DNA of 64,000 bases from a virus. How positions within the stretch are numbered: position 1 is the first letter of the stretch; each line of letters starts with the position of its first letter. Positions 47,437-57,810 of the stretch are shown here, one piece after another. Location: positions 7,263 through 71,262 of IMG/VR virus record IMGVR_UViG_3300025879_001499; one strand, given 5' to 3'. Both the position numbers and the translations under genes were made by a program. The notes beneath the pieces are model-generated. The model searched no databases, was not told the DNA's origin, and saw nothing but the letters and a program-made list of their open reading frames with translations.

Positions 47437-47997
47437 TTATTTGTGTTTGATGTGTTGTACTCTCCACTTCACATCCTTTGTTCTCAACATTTTCTTTACA
47501 GCATCCACATTCTTTAATGAATCATCTGCAAAGTAAACATCATCATATCCTTCGTTATCAATCTTATCCTCAATCCAATCTGCTTTTGCCTTTGGATTAT
47601 TGTTTTGTAATCCAGTTACAGGTATTTTTTGATTGATACCAATATCTTTTAAGTATTTTGCTACGTGCTTATCTACTGCTTGTGGTCTTGCCGTTAGAAT
47701 GAATACACCATCACCTCTATTTTTCTGAATGATTCTCTTTAATACTTTGGTGATTCGTTTCAACTCTTGTGGTTCTTGAACCGAGTAGAAATCTCTGAAA
47801 TCATACTCTTCACCTGGCTTCTCATTATAAACTGCAAATTCGGCTGGTGTTAGTCTCTTTTCTTTACCATTAGGTTGTTTAACGTAGATATATGATTTAG
47901 TAAGAACCAACGTTTCATCAAAATCAAACACTCTTAGTTTTTTTGATTCGGAGAATAAGCTTCGTGCTATCATATCTTCTTGCTCTTTTATCATCAT
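47437..47997 (-). CDS. HAD-family phosphatase (polynucleotide phosphatase-like)
   Basis: VFDFDETL, ILTAR, K, FADDSLKN. Confidence 0.8.
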   Translation of the reverse strand: MMIKEQEDMIARSLFSESKKLRVFDFDETLVLTKSYIYVKQPNGKEKRLTPAEFAVYNEKPGEEYDFRDFYSVQEPQELKRITKVLKRIIQKNRGDGVFILTARPQAVDKHVAKYLKDIGINQKIPVTGLQNNNPKAKADWIEDKIDNEGYDDVYFADDSLKNVDAVKKMLRTKDVKWRVQHIKHK

Positions 47998-48030
47998 GCT
48001 AATATACGATTTTTATACCTAATATCCAAA

Positions 48031-48357
48031 TTATTTAGAGTTAGAATTCAAAATTTGATTGTTTAATTCCAACAATCTTCGATTCTCCATCTCTAAATAC
48101 TTTACTTTGATTGTCAACTCAGCAACATCCTTAGTTAGTTCCAATATCTTCTCTCTAAGTTCATCCTTTTCTTTTGAACTTTGTTGAAGTAATGATTCTA
48201 ATCTATCGATTCTCTTAGCACAATCATCTTTGATATAATCCTCCTCATCCTTTTTATCTTGCGCACGCTTCTCATAGTATCTCCAAGCCCCAGCGGACCC
48301 CAATACTGTGATAAGTGTAATAATTACTGCGTAGATTGATTCTGGATTCATTATCAT
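48031..48357 (-). CDS. TM plus coiled-coil protein
   Basis: N-terminal TM helix followed by heptads. Confidence 0.65.
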   Translation of the reverse strand: MIMNPESIYAVIITLITVLGSAGAWRYYEKRAQDKKDEEDYIKDDCAKRIDRLESLLQQSSKEKDELREKILELTKDVAELTIKVKYLEMENRRLLELNNQILNSNSK

Positions 48358-48929
48358 TTTTTGTTTTGTAAGATACTATCTGATTTTTCCATCTCAGCTC
48401 TAAGGTAGTGTTTAGCACCAACTATATAATCTTTTGCCTTTACGATTTTAGTTTGCCACCAATGTGGTAAATCTATCTCAGCGTTCATTTCATCAAATTC
48501 AGCCATCATTTCACCCAATTCTTCAGCATATCTTTCAATAATACTCAAATCAGCTCTTAACATACCTGGCTCATTATCTTGATGTCCTAAATCTACATCT
48601 TCGAAAACGGATGTATCTAACTCAGTATCGGTTGACATCTGAGATACATACTTATCTTCCATATCCATTAACTGAGATAGATTCTTTTGTCTATCTTTTA
48701 TTTTCTTAGTCAAATCCTTTAATACTTTAAGAATTTGCTCTTTTTTCTTTGGGTCTTTTTCTGTTTTATAAGGTTGTACAGCCTTTTTTCTATCAGCTTC
48801 CAACTTTGCGATTTCTTTTTTAACCGCTTCTATTTTCAGAAATAACTTAGGTATTCCTTCGTTGATTAATTGCTCAACAGTGAACCTTCCTTCGTATTTT
48901 TCAACCAAATGTTCTTCTAATAATTTCAT
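48354..48929 (-). CDS. Two-module putative head protein
   Basis: HLVE, LINE and SVFE junctions; DNEPGM...LPHWWQTKI..AKDY module. Confidence 0.6.
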   Translation of the reverse strand: MKLLEEHLVEKYEGRFTVEQLINEGIPKLFLKIEAVKKEIAKLEADRKKAVQPYKTEKDPKKKEQILKVLKDLTKKIKDRQKNLSQLMDMEDKYVSQMSTDTELDTSVFEDVDLGHQDNEPGMLRADLSIIERYAEELGEMMAEFDEMNAEIDLPHWWQTKIVKAKDYIVGAKHYLRAEMEKSDSILQNKK

Positions 48930-48985
48930 ATCAGTTCAATTTTACCTTTAAGATAAATATAAGGTATTTAGATTTAAAGTAGAAT

Positions 48986-49011
48986 AAAACCCCCCAACTA
49001 AGGGGGGTCTT
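48986..49011 (-). terminator. Intrinsic terminator
   Basis: ACCCCCC/GGGGGGT stem with T tract. Confidence 0.8.
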
Positions 49012-49014
49012 TTA

Positions 49015-49242
49015 TTATTCTCCTTTCTTAAAGATTTTAGTAGCTCCATCGATTCCAAATGAACCCAATGTGATAATTACGAATGAATTGAATACTGTAT
49101 CATCGATTATTAATTCAGTTCCCAATATACCAGTTACGATATCTGCTCCAGCGAACAATGCCATCACTGCGAATGATGCAAATCCAACGATGTTCTTTTC
49201 GTTTAAATCGTTATTGTCTTTAAAAATGTCCTTAAATGCCAT
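49015..49242 (-). CDS. Small two-TM membrane protein (holin-like)
   Basis: Two TM segments, basic C-terminus, upstream ATATTTAT motif. Confidence 0.55.
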   Translation of the reverse strand: MAFKDIFKDNNDLNEKNIVGFASFAVMALFAGADIVTGILGTELIIDDTVFNSFVIITLGSFGIDGATKIFKKGE

Positions 49243-49321
49243 AATAAATTTCTTTTTTTGTTTTAGCGTTAGCATAACGTATTGATGAAACTTATTATAC
49301 ATAAATATCAAATTCTTTTCT

Positions 49322-50194
49322 TTAAAGTGATTCTGAGAACTTTTGGAGTACTTCCCTCATTATATCATTGGAGTATTTCTTACCATCGTGCTTTAAATCA
49401 AATACTTTTATTTTATCTTTATACGATGGTTCTCTATGCTCCTCATCCTTATCTTCGGTAATGTACAATCCGTTTAATACATATTGTGATATATCAACAC
49501 CAACGTTCTTAGCGATACCAGATGCAAACATAGCGAATGTATCTTCTGAACCATATCCTCCAAATTCTTCAGGTATTCCAATTTTATCCCAAAACTCCTT
49601 TGAGTATAGAGTGTGCATACCACATCCAAACTTAAACACACTTAACTCACCCAAAGTAACTTCGGTTGGTTTTTGAGTAAATGTATTGTTCCAACATTCT
49701 TTGGTTCTAAATTGTTGCATCTCTTCATTTCTGAAATTAGGATGTACTAACGGGTCCCAACTACTATCCCACCAACGAGGAATATTCGGAGATATTACAT
49801 ACTTTCCACTCACTTGCTCAGATGCCATTAGTTGCATTTTCAGTTGTTGTTCGTGGATTGAGATATCAGGGTCAACAAAGATAAACTGGTCATAATCTAA
49901 TTTGATTACCTCTCTCTTTTGTTGAGTTGTTCCCCATAGAGAATTATCTACTACGATTTGAAGATATGAACGAATACCCTCCATTGACTTGGTAAATTTA
50001 TCAATAAACCATTGTGGTTTCAATTCACTATTTTCCCAATCAGTCAATTCAGGATTTAGATTAAGTGTAACATACATAGTTACATCATCATTATCATCCA
50101 AATATTTGAATCCCTCTTTATAGTAGGTGATGAATCTCTCAAACATCTCCAACTCCAATGGCATTACATGAGTTACAATTAAGGTTCTTTTCAT
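49322..50194 (-). CDS. GT-A fold glycosyltransferase-like protein
   Basis: FIFVDPD, GGYGSEDT. Confidence 0.65.
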   Translation of the reverse strand: MKRTLIVTHVMPLELEMFERFITYYKEGFKYLDDNDDVTMYVTLNLNPELTDWENSELKPQWFIDKFTKSMEGIRSYLQIVVDNSLWGTTQQKREVIKLDYDQFIFVDPDISIHEQQLKMQLMASEQVSGKYVISPNIPRWWDSSWDPLVHPNFRNEEMQQFRTKECWNNTFTQKPTEVTLGELSVFKFGCGMHTLYSKEFWDKIGIPEEFGGYGSEDTFAMFASGIAKNVGVDISQYVLNGLYITEDKDEEHREPSYKDKIKVFDLKHDGKKYSNDIMREVLQKFSESL

Positions 50195-51351
50195 TAGTTT
50201 AGGTTTATTAGTTTGGTTTGATATTCATTCATCTGAACTATCTCTATGGTTAGATTACCCAATGTGAATCTTCCAACCTCACCACTATCTTGTATGATTT
50301 TAGCCAATTGTTGGATGATTTTGAAATCATCATTGTTTAAAGTTGTACCATCAATCTCTACTAAGATTTCATTGTTCTTTTCGTTATCAAATGGTTTAAC
50401 TCTTTCGTTCAAATCCATTAAAGTATTATCCTTTTCAATATATAGATAATCGGTATAGTTGAAATCTACATATGATGTACTTGCCCAAGGTTCCAATACC
50501 TTTAACAAATTTAAATTACAATTTTTGATGATAAACCCAATATCATATTTAGGTGTAATGATTGGATATTGGAATGAATCATTCTCAATCCAACTTCCCC
50601 ATTTTCTTAAATAGTTTCTGGCCGCCTTCTGAGATGCTACTTTGTAGTAATCATCATCTTTCTGAATTTGGTCATTCCATCTATGTCCTCTACACGTTAA
50701 GTGATATACAAATGAATCTCTACTTTGAATCAGTTCGTAACCAGCCATTATCCATCGTTGGAAGATATCACTATCCTCATATGGGAATGGTGCGAATAAT
50801 GGGTCATGTCCACCAATTCGTTGAAAATCTTCTTTATAAAGAATCCAAGGTGCAAACATACCTTTGGTAGTTTTACCTTTATTTTCACTTTGTGATTTTT
50901 TAGCAAACTCTTCAAATGCTGGAATATCTAAATCATCAAAATCCAACCCAAAGTTTTGAATAATCTTTTCATTACCAGGTGGATGGAGTGGTGGTTCGAT
51001 ACGAGTAGCACAAACTACCTTACCCTTATCCAAATGTTTGAGTAGGTTCTCTAAGTAGTTTTCAGTAACAATCATATCAGCATGAATGATACCAATAATC
51101 TCATTGTTAGCCATTTCTATACCTAAGTCATATAGAATGGTATGCCCTACCCTTTCTTCACTTCGGTGGAGTATTACGTTATCATCCTCACTTTGAGTTG
51201 ATTGTAACCACTCATACGTCCCATCATTTGAACCATCATCTAATAGTACCAACTCCAATGTTGGATACCACTTTCTGATTGAAGTGTATGCGTTTTTAAT
51301 ATGCTGAAAATTGTTATACGTTGGTATAACTAATGTTACGTTATTTACCAT
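50194..51351 (-). CDS. Glycosyltransferase family 2
   Basis: VIPTYN, LDDGSNDGT, HADM, EDSD. Confidence 0.88.
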   Translation of the reverse strand: MVNNVTLVIPTYNNFQHIKNAYTSIRKWYPTLELVLLDDGSNDGTYEWLQSTQSEDDNVILHRSEERVGHTILYDLGIEMANNEIIGIIHADMIVTENYLENLLKHLDKGKVVCATRIEPPLHPPGNEKIIQNFGLDFDDLDIPAFEEFAKKSQSENKGKTTKGMFAPWILYKEDFQRIGGHDPLFAPFPYEDSDIFQRWIMAGYELIQSRDSFVYHLTCRGHRWNDQIQKDDDYYKVASQKAARNYLRKWGSWIENDSFQYPIITPKYDIGFIIKNCNLNLLKVLEPWASTSYVDFNYTDYLYIEKDNTLMDLNERVKPFDNEKNNEILVEIDGTTLNNDDFKIIQQLAKIIQDSGEVGRFTLGNLTIEIVQMNEYQTKLINLN

Positions 51352-52708
51352 AGTTTTCTAAATAATATTTTAAATCTTCAGGTGTACCCAATCCCCACAT
51401 TTTTGGAATATCGAATGTACGGATTTCTTTACCACCTTCAATTGCTTGATTGAATACAGGACATACATAGAACTCATCGTTTACTCTGATATCTTTCTCA
51501 ATCATTTCCTCTGCATATTTAACAAAGTCAGAACCATTTTTCCAATAGTAATATCCAACCGTTGCAATATCTGAGATTGGGTTCTTTTCAGCTACCTCAG
51601 TTACGAATCCGTTTTCATCTATTTTAGCAAATGACCATTTTGGGTGAGTTGCTCTAAATGATACAATCCCACCATCTGCATTAGTTTCATTCATCTTATA
51701 CATAAACTCAGTTGAATCCCATTCTACGAATTGGTCTGAGTTAGCGAAGAATAATGGATTATCGTTATCGATGTGTTCTTTAGCCAATAATGCCGTACAT
51801 GCAGCACCTTCGGTTAAACCATCTACCTCAACAATCTTACAATTTGGTGCAATCAAATTTAAGAGTGTATCTAAGTTGTATTTCTCTCTATGTGATTTCT
51901 GAACTACAAAGATGAAGTTTGCATCAATATTAAGATTTTCAACCACCAATTGAATCATAGGTTTACCCTCTACATCGATTAGTGGTTTTGGGAATGTATA
52001 TCCTGCGGCTTGGAATCTACTACCAGCTCCAGCCATTGGAATCAATACATTCAATTTTTTATCTACCCACTTTGGAGTATCATTTAATTTTCCCATTTCT
52101 ATTTCAGTTAGTTTTTTAAATATGTTTGTATAGGTTACTTCGGATGGATTTACAACTCGCAATACATGAGCCTTAGAGCGATATGCCGCTTGTAATCCAT
52201 ATGGTGAATCCTCTACAATTAGAGTTTCTTCAGGTAAACATCCCATCTTTGAGATTGCTCTCCAATACATCTCTGGATGTGGTTTGGAGTTTTGTACATC
52301 TTCGTTTGAGATGATGTAATCCATAAACTCCATAATTCCCAACTTTGAAAGTACAGTCAAAACTGTCTTTCTGATTGAATTGGAACATACTGCAATCTTA
52401 TACCCATCTTCAACCAATGCGTTCATTAGGGATTGTAGAGTTTGGTTTGGTTTCAACTCTTTCAACATTTGCAAAGTCAACTTTTGTTTACCTTCCCAAA
52501 TCTCTTTATGTAGTTCAGTTGGTAAACCTTTTCGTTCACTCAACATTTCTAATTTCTGATTAGTTTTTAATCCATCATAGGTTGATAGGTGTTCGTTCCA
52601 ACTAATTGCGTATTTCTCACCTAAAGCTTTATTAAGTGCATCGTAATGAATGTTTTTGGCTTCAACAAGCACACCATCCAGGTCGTAGATTATTAACTTT
52701 ACTCTCAT
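51341..52708 (-). CDS. HAD phosphatase fused to a sugar-phosphate nucleotidyltransferase
   Basis: YDLDGVL, KPHPE, VEDS; IPMAGAGSRF, PKPLI, NSDQ, LGTPEDL. Confidence 0.88.
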   Translation of the reverse strand: MRVKLIIYDLDGVLVEAKNIHYDALNKALGEKYAISWNEHLSTYDGLKTNQKLEMLSERKGLPTELHKEIWEGKQKLTLQMLKELKPNQTLQSLMNALVEDGYKIAVCSNSIRKTVLTVLSKLGIMEFMDYIISNEDVQNSKPHPEMYWRAISKMGCLPEETLIVEDSPYGLQAAYRSKAHVLRVVNPSEVTYTNIFKKLTEIEMGKLNDTPKWVDKKLNVLIPMAGAGSRFQAAGYTFPKPLIDVEGKPMIQLVVENLNIDANFIFVVQKSHREKYNLDTLLNLIAPNCKIVEVDGLTEGAACTALLAKEHIDNDNPLFFANSDQFVEWDSTEFMYKMNETNADGGIVSFRATHPKWSFAKIDENGFVTEVAEKNPISDIATVGYYYWKNGSDFVKYAEEMIEKDIRVNDEFYVCPVFNQAIEGGKEIRTFDIPKMWGLGTPEDLKYYLENYGK

Positions 52709-53463
52709 AATACCAAATATTCTTGCTTACCACCTTTATGAAACCAAGGTCTACTCCGTATACCAGCCCATGCATCTAACATAGCCCCAACATCAATAGC
52801 AACCTTACCATAATTGTGTTTTAAATATGAAACATAATCTTTTTGAATCCCACAACCTACTAAAACCACATCGGATTTTATATCTCTAAATGAGTTTATG
52901 AACTCTTCCCTATTCCTTAAATTTACATTCATAGGATGTGTTGTAAATGTAACATCGGCATCAAATAACTTACTCAAATTTTTACTCTCTAATCTCTCAG
53001 TATTTGGTGATATGATATTCAAACTTCTACCTTGTAGGATATCTTTGAAGTTTTCAGGTTTACCAAATTCTTTAGTTCTTGATAACATATGGTCACATAC
53101 CTCCAATTCATACTTAATTCCATTATCTTTTAAGAAAGTATCATCAATAGACCAAACTTCCTTTGTATAATAGATACTCTTAGCTATATCATTAGTATCA
53201 TCCATTATACCAATAACATCACTATGTTTTATTGCATTTAGTATGATAGAACTAGCATCAGTATATAGTTGTTCAACTTCATTTGGATATTTATATCCCC
53301 AATTTCTACAACTTCTTTCTTGATGTTGTGGAGTTGAGTTTTTGTTCAACATTCTAATTTCACCATCACCAAAACGTGATAATGCAAATGGAGTATTTGT
53401 TTTGATTTTATCTTTTATCAAATCAATTGTTTCCGTAATGGTTATAGTGGGTTGTAAATACAT
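52705..53463 (-). CDS. GT-D-fold-like glycosyltransferase
   Basis: FALSRFGDGE, AIDVG..LD. Confidence 0.7.
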   Translation of the reverse strand: MYLQPTITITETIDLIKDKIKTNTPFALSRFGDGEIRMLNKNSTPQHQERSCRNWGYKYPNEVEQLYTDASSIILNAIKHSDVIGIMDDTNDIAKSIYYTKEVWSIDDTFLKDNGIKYELEVCDHMLSRTKEFGKPENFKDILQGRSLNIISPNTERLESKNLSKLFDADVTFTTHPMNVNLRNREEFINSFRDIKSDVVLVGCGIQKDYVSYLKHNYGKVAIDVGAMLDAWAGIRSRPWFHKGGKQEYLVL

Positions 53464-53486
53464 TCTACAAATATACTAAATTATTT

Positions 53487-54287
53487 TTAATAAAACAAAT
53501 GTTTATAATCATTATCCAACCAAGGTGCTGAACTTACTAATCTATCGGGATTGAAATTGATTCTATCATTGTAGTGTATTTTACCCAACTCCTCAATTTG
53601 TGTATCTGATATCAGATTGAATCCGTAATCGATTTTACGATTTACCGATAATGCGTAATCTATAAACTTAAAGTGCCCACCATAAAGTGTTCCTTTAATA
53701 TTCACTCTAGCATTTGGAATTCCCCAAGCATCTGCCGCAATCAATCCATGTAAAGATGATGATAGGATGAATTCCACATCTAATATATCTTCGATGAACT
53801 CATGTAACCCAGCACAAATATCAATAATCTTCACACCTTGTTTTTTTAGATTTTCAACTTGAACTTCATTCTCATCTGCGTAATGAGGAATCAATCCATA
53901 TTTGTACTTTGGTTCTTTTCTCTTATATTCGGTGATATATGGCATCAGAAGAGCAGGGTCTCCATATACATCAGGACACTCAATACCTCTCATCATAAGT
54001 TCGTTTCGAGTTAGAGGTCCTCTTACAGCAAATACCTTTTGTGGAACCCCTGATATATGATTTTGGTCAATTGCTCCACCACCCCATACTAAATCACCAT
54101 TTCTTAGATGTTGTAGAACCGAACCTACTACGATTAGTTTATTGGATTCACCTGAGTTATTGGTTAGTTCTATATTCTCACTTTGAGAAATTGTCTTAAC
54201 TAATGGATGTGATACTATATCTCCCCAATTCTTTGAACGATGTGGGTGTTGTGGATTGCCATTGTTGTATTCAAATACTTTCATCAA
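53487..54287 (-). CDS. Polysaccharide pyruvyl transferase family protein
   Basis: NWGD, AVRGPLT, GDPAL, IPHY, SSSLHGLI, FKF.DY. Confidence 0.85.
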   Translation of the reverse strand: MMKVFEYNNGNPQHPHRSKNWGDIVSHPLVKTISQSENIELTNNSGESNKLIVVGSVLQHLRNGDLVWGGGAIDQNHISGVPQKVFAVRGPLTRNELMMRGIECPDVYGDPALLMPYITEYKRKEPKYKYGLIPHYADENEVQVENLKKQGVKIIDICAGLHEFIEDILDVEFILSSSLHGLIAADAWGIPNARVNIKGTLYGGHFKFIDYALSVNRKIDYGFNLISDTQIEELGKIHYNDRINFNPDRLVSSAPWLDNDYKHLFY

Positions 54288-55147
54288 TCAAAATCTTTAA
54301 TCATACCATATTCATCAAACATTGGAGGTCTACCCCATTTTGATATCCACTTTCTCATATTAGCTTGTTCTGAGAGAATTTGTCTTTCCGAACTTCTACC
54401 ACCATTTTCTTCCAATCGATGTGAACCTCTTGCTCCGAAATGCCAAACCAACGATGTGGTTGGTAGGATGAATCTAAATCCACTTTGTAACATTCGTAAA
54501 AACAAATCCATATCATCATAAGATGCCGGTGCAAATAGTGGGTCATTACCACCAATCTCATCCCAATGTTCTTTCTTAATCAACCCACTTACACCTTCAC
54601 CTTTTGGAATCTCAAAATCATTCTCCGAAGTGAATTGTTCGGCATATTTATCAAAGAACTCTGAGTTAAAATCGTTATGATATGCTCCAAATACATCTTT
54701 TGGAACTACAACAGTACCTGGTCTACTTTGTGAGTTAGGAAACATCTGAGGTTCTATCCTATGTGAATTTACCCATAACTTTTCATTTGGATATTTGTTA
54801 TGAGTATCCATCAAAGACTTATCCCAATTAGGTGTTACATAGAAATCTGAATGTAAGAACATAATGTATTCAGTTTTCACTCTATCAGCACAAAAGTTCA
54901 TACCACCACCTATACCAATTGGTTGTTCGTTCTTATCTATGTAATACTCTAAGTTGTATCTTTCTGAGTTTTCTTCTAACCACTCATCAGTTCCATCATT
55001 ACAATTTTCAGCGTGAATTATGAACGGAGAATCTTTGTAGTAAGAATTCTTACGAACACTATCTACTGCTATTTTAAGATACTCTAAGTTATTATATGTT
55101 GAAATACAAAATGTTATCATTCTTAATATTTTAAAGGTGCTCCCCAA
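54284..55147 (-). CDS. Glycosyltransferase family 2
   Basis: ISTYNN, DGT, HSDF, GGNDPLFAP..DD.D. Confidence 0.85.
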   Translation of the reverse strand: MGSTFKILRMITFCISTYNNLEYLKIAVDSVRKNSYYKDSPFIIHAENCNDGTDEWLEENSERYNLEYYIDKNEQPIGIGGGMNFCADRVKTEYIMFLHSDFYVTPNWDKSLMDTHNKYPNEKLWVNSHRIEPQMFPNSQSRPGTVVVPKDVFGAYHNDFNSEFFDKYAEQFTSENDFEIPKGEGVSGLIKKEHWDEIGGNDPLFAPASYDDMDLFLRMLQSGFRFILPTTSLVWHFGARGSHRLEENGGRSSERQILSEQANMRKWISKWGRPPMFDEYGMIKDFD

Positions 55148-55902
55148 TTACTCTGCATTACCATTCCCAAATATTGTTTATGGAAGTGCTCTTCTTTCCA
55201 ACCCAATTGTTTATATAATTGATATTGCCCAACAAAGTGAAATTCTTTAAATAATGGCGATGTTGGCATCATTGGAGTTCCCATTGCCAATGCACCTTCA
55301 CCATACCATTTTAGTTCGTTTGGATGTTTCTTAAATAATACATCCAATCCCCATTCAGTATCTAACCATTCCCAAACTTTAGTATCCCAAATATAAGGGG
55401 ATATTCCATAATGGTATATTTTACCTTCTCTACCAAAGTGAGCCATAATAGATTTATATTCAGCTTCATGTCCTTTTCTTACATCATAAGTTTGTAACTT
55501 TGGGAATCTATCTACGAATTCATAAAAATCATCCCTCTCATGCATTATCATATACGGAATATCCTCAGTATATAAGAAATCCGTAATATAAAAATCTTTG
55601 AAGAAGTATGCATCTGAATCAATACACACATAGAATCTACAAAGGTTAAGTTTGTAAACCAATGATTTAACGAATTGCTGACCTACCCAACCATTATGAT
55701 TTGAAGTTATTGAATCATCACTCAGTATCTCGGTATAGTGTGGGATATTGGATTTAAACATTTCTACATCTTCAGGCGGTACTGAGATGTAATATGGGAT
55801 GTTATCTCTGTTATATAGTTGAATACTCTTAGATAGTTCAATACATCTCCCCAAGTCTCCTCTATAACTCTTTGTGAATATTATTAGGTTTTCGTATTTC
55901 AA
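55123..55902 (-). CDS. DUF6492-like nucleotide-sugar transferase fold protein
   Basis: GWVGQQFVK, CIDSD. Confidence 0.55.
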   Translation of the reverse strand: MKYENLIIFTKSYRGDLGRCIELSKSIQLYNRDNIPYYISVPPEDVEMFKSNIPHYTEILSDDSITSNHNGWVGQQFVKSLVYKLNLCRFYVCIDSDAYFFKDFYITDFLYTEDIPYMIMHERDDFYEFVDRFPKLQTYDVRKGHEAEYKSIMAHFGREGKIYHYGISPYIWDTKVWEWLDTEWGLDVLFKKHPNELKWYGEGALAMGTPMMPTSPLFKEFHFVGQYQLYKQLGWKEEHFHKQYLGMVMQSNWGAPLKY

Positions 55903-56458
55903 AATTTGGTAACTCTTTTAGTTTTTTATTTACTTTATTGATTTTATCCATATAAGGCTTCACGTCATCAATGTATTCCGAAGTTGTTCTTTGCTTAAAT
56001 GGTATCATTTCCACTTCATAAATTTCTTCAAACTCTTTTTTATAATCACCAACCACATCGGTATTGATAATTACCATTGGGAAATGTGGATTTCTTGTCC
56101 AATTATCAATTTGAGAATCGATATTATCTAACCACACTCCAATATCAAACGGAACTTCTTCACTACCTTCCATTAGTTTTTGGAAGTTGTGATACATCCC
56201 TCTTTTGATTTGAGATGAAATTGCAATCCCCACATCTTCGGTGTAACAAAATATACCACTACCTACCATCACATCTAAAGGTCTTACATAATGACAAGCC
56301 TTCATTTCATATGCCGTATTGTAAGTGGTAAATTTATCCTTTATACAATCTCTGATGTAGTTAGAACGACATCCACCAAATGAATTTATCCATACATCAA
56401 TTGGCTCTCGTTGGAATAACTCTACAATGATATCCTCTGAAAAGTTATGTACTCCCAT
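55862..56458 (-). CDS. Possible sulfotransferase-like protein
   Basis: INSFGGCRSNY resembles a PAPS-binding loop; lies in the glycan cluster. Confidence 0.4.
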   Translation of the reverse strand: MGVHNFSEDIIVELFQREPIDVWINSFGGCRSNYIRDCIKDKFTTYNTAYEMKACHYVRPLDVMVGSGIFCYTEDVGIAISSQIKRGMYHNFQKLMEGSEEVPFDIGVWLDNIDSQIDNWTRNPHFPMVIINTDVVGDYKKEFEEIYEVEMIPFKQRTTSEYIDDVKPYMDKINKVNKKLKELPNFEIRKPNNIHKEL

Positions 56459-57087
56459 TATATAGTTTCGTATAAAGCGTTTTGTCTTTCTTGTCTATCG
56501 ATATCCTTTGGGTGATACAATGCGAAATCTTCCTCTAATGGTAGATAAGTCATTGTATTGTAACCTTTGATTCTTTCATGTACTTCACCTACCCATTCTA
56601 TCTCAGAAGTTCTTCGGTAGAGTCTAGTCTGAACATCAGGCCAATTTACCCAACCCTTTTCATTTACATTCCATCTCCACTTTTGAATGTGTTCGTTTGT
56701 TAAACCTTCAACTGTGTTTACTCTGGGAACAAAGAATAAATCAATATCTTTATTTGCTTCCAATAAATCATGCATATTTGCCACCAAATATTCGGATGGT
56801 AGCTCGTCCGCATCGCATTGAAAGATGAACATACCATTTGCATGGTTCTTTAGATTATTCTTAAATGTAGCAAAGTCTTTATTAAGTGGAAAATTTATTA
56901 CATTTACATTTGTATGCAATTGTTCAATAATCCTCAGATAATCAATAACATCTTTCGTTGCCCCTTCCGTATCATATTGAATCAAAATCTCATCTTCAGA
57001 TTGGATTCTAGGATGTAGGAAGTTTACCAACCTCGTAATCTCTTCCAATTCGTTGCAAACTGTAATTGCGTATGTAACATTAATCAT
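56458..57087 (-). CDS. Glycosyltransferase family 2
   Basis: YAITVCNE, FQCDADE, WPD.Q.R, VHE. Confidence 0.85.
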   Translation of the reverse strand: MINVTYAITVCNELEEITRLVNFLHPRIQSEDEILIQYDTEGATKDVIDYLRIIEQLHTNVNVINFPLNKDFATFKNNLKNHANGMFIFQCDADELPSEYLVANMHDLLEANKDIDLFFVPRVNTVEGLTNEHIQKWRWNVNEKGWVNWPDVQTRLYRRTSEIEWVGEVHERIKGYNTMTYLPLEEDFALYHPKDIDRQERQNALYETI

Positions 57088-57810
57088 AATAGTTTTTTAT
57101 TTTGTTACTATGTATCCCATTCGGATACTTTCTTTTTTTCATATTTTCTTCCCAAGGTATAAATTGTAAATTATCAATACTAGCAACATCTATTGGGTCA
57201 ATTCCCATTATATATGCCTCAGATATTTCTAATTTATGGTCTAAGTGATATGCCCCATTTACACCAGCCTTACCTCGTTTATCTGAATTTTCTAATGATG
57301 ATACATCTACCATCTTTGTTAAATTCATTACTTCACGTTTATATCTACTATAATCATCCATCTTAGATAGATACTCATCGTAGGTAATACCCTGAGTCTC
57401 TAATATAGTTTTTATTCTAACGTGCTCTTTACCTCTTTTAGAAAAAATGGTTGATTCGGATATCTTTTTCTTGTGTTCATCCGATAATTTGTGAGTTCCA
57501 TTTCGTTTTCTACTTTCAGCAATTTTATTGTGCCAAGTATGTTCCACTTTTTTTAGCGATTCACTACGTTTGGCTATAATTTCATCATACCTATCCCCAT
57601 ACAATTCTTTTTGAGATTTACCAACATGCATACAACTCTTACATAATCGTTGTTCATCTTCAGCGTATCCACAATTGTATTTAGATTTATACTCAATTTC
57701 ATTTTTACATTTTGGACAATTTCTTACATACATAATATATTGGTTTATAGATAAGTATATAAAATTTTGTTTTTCAAATTGATACTATGGATGTAACATT
57801 AGCCATAATA
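57072..57810 (-). mobile_element. HNH endonuclease cassette (CDS 57080-57733) flanked by 20-bp near-direct repeats
   Basis: CPKC..CKSC, NUMOD3 HKLSDEHKKKIS, YHLDHK...NLQFIPWEEN; repeats at 57072-57091 and 57791-57810 (18/20 identical). Confidence 0.8.
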
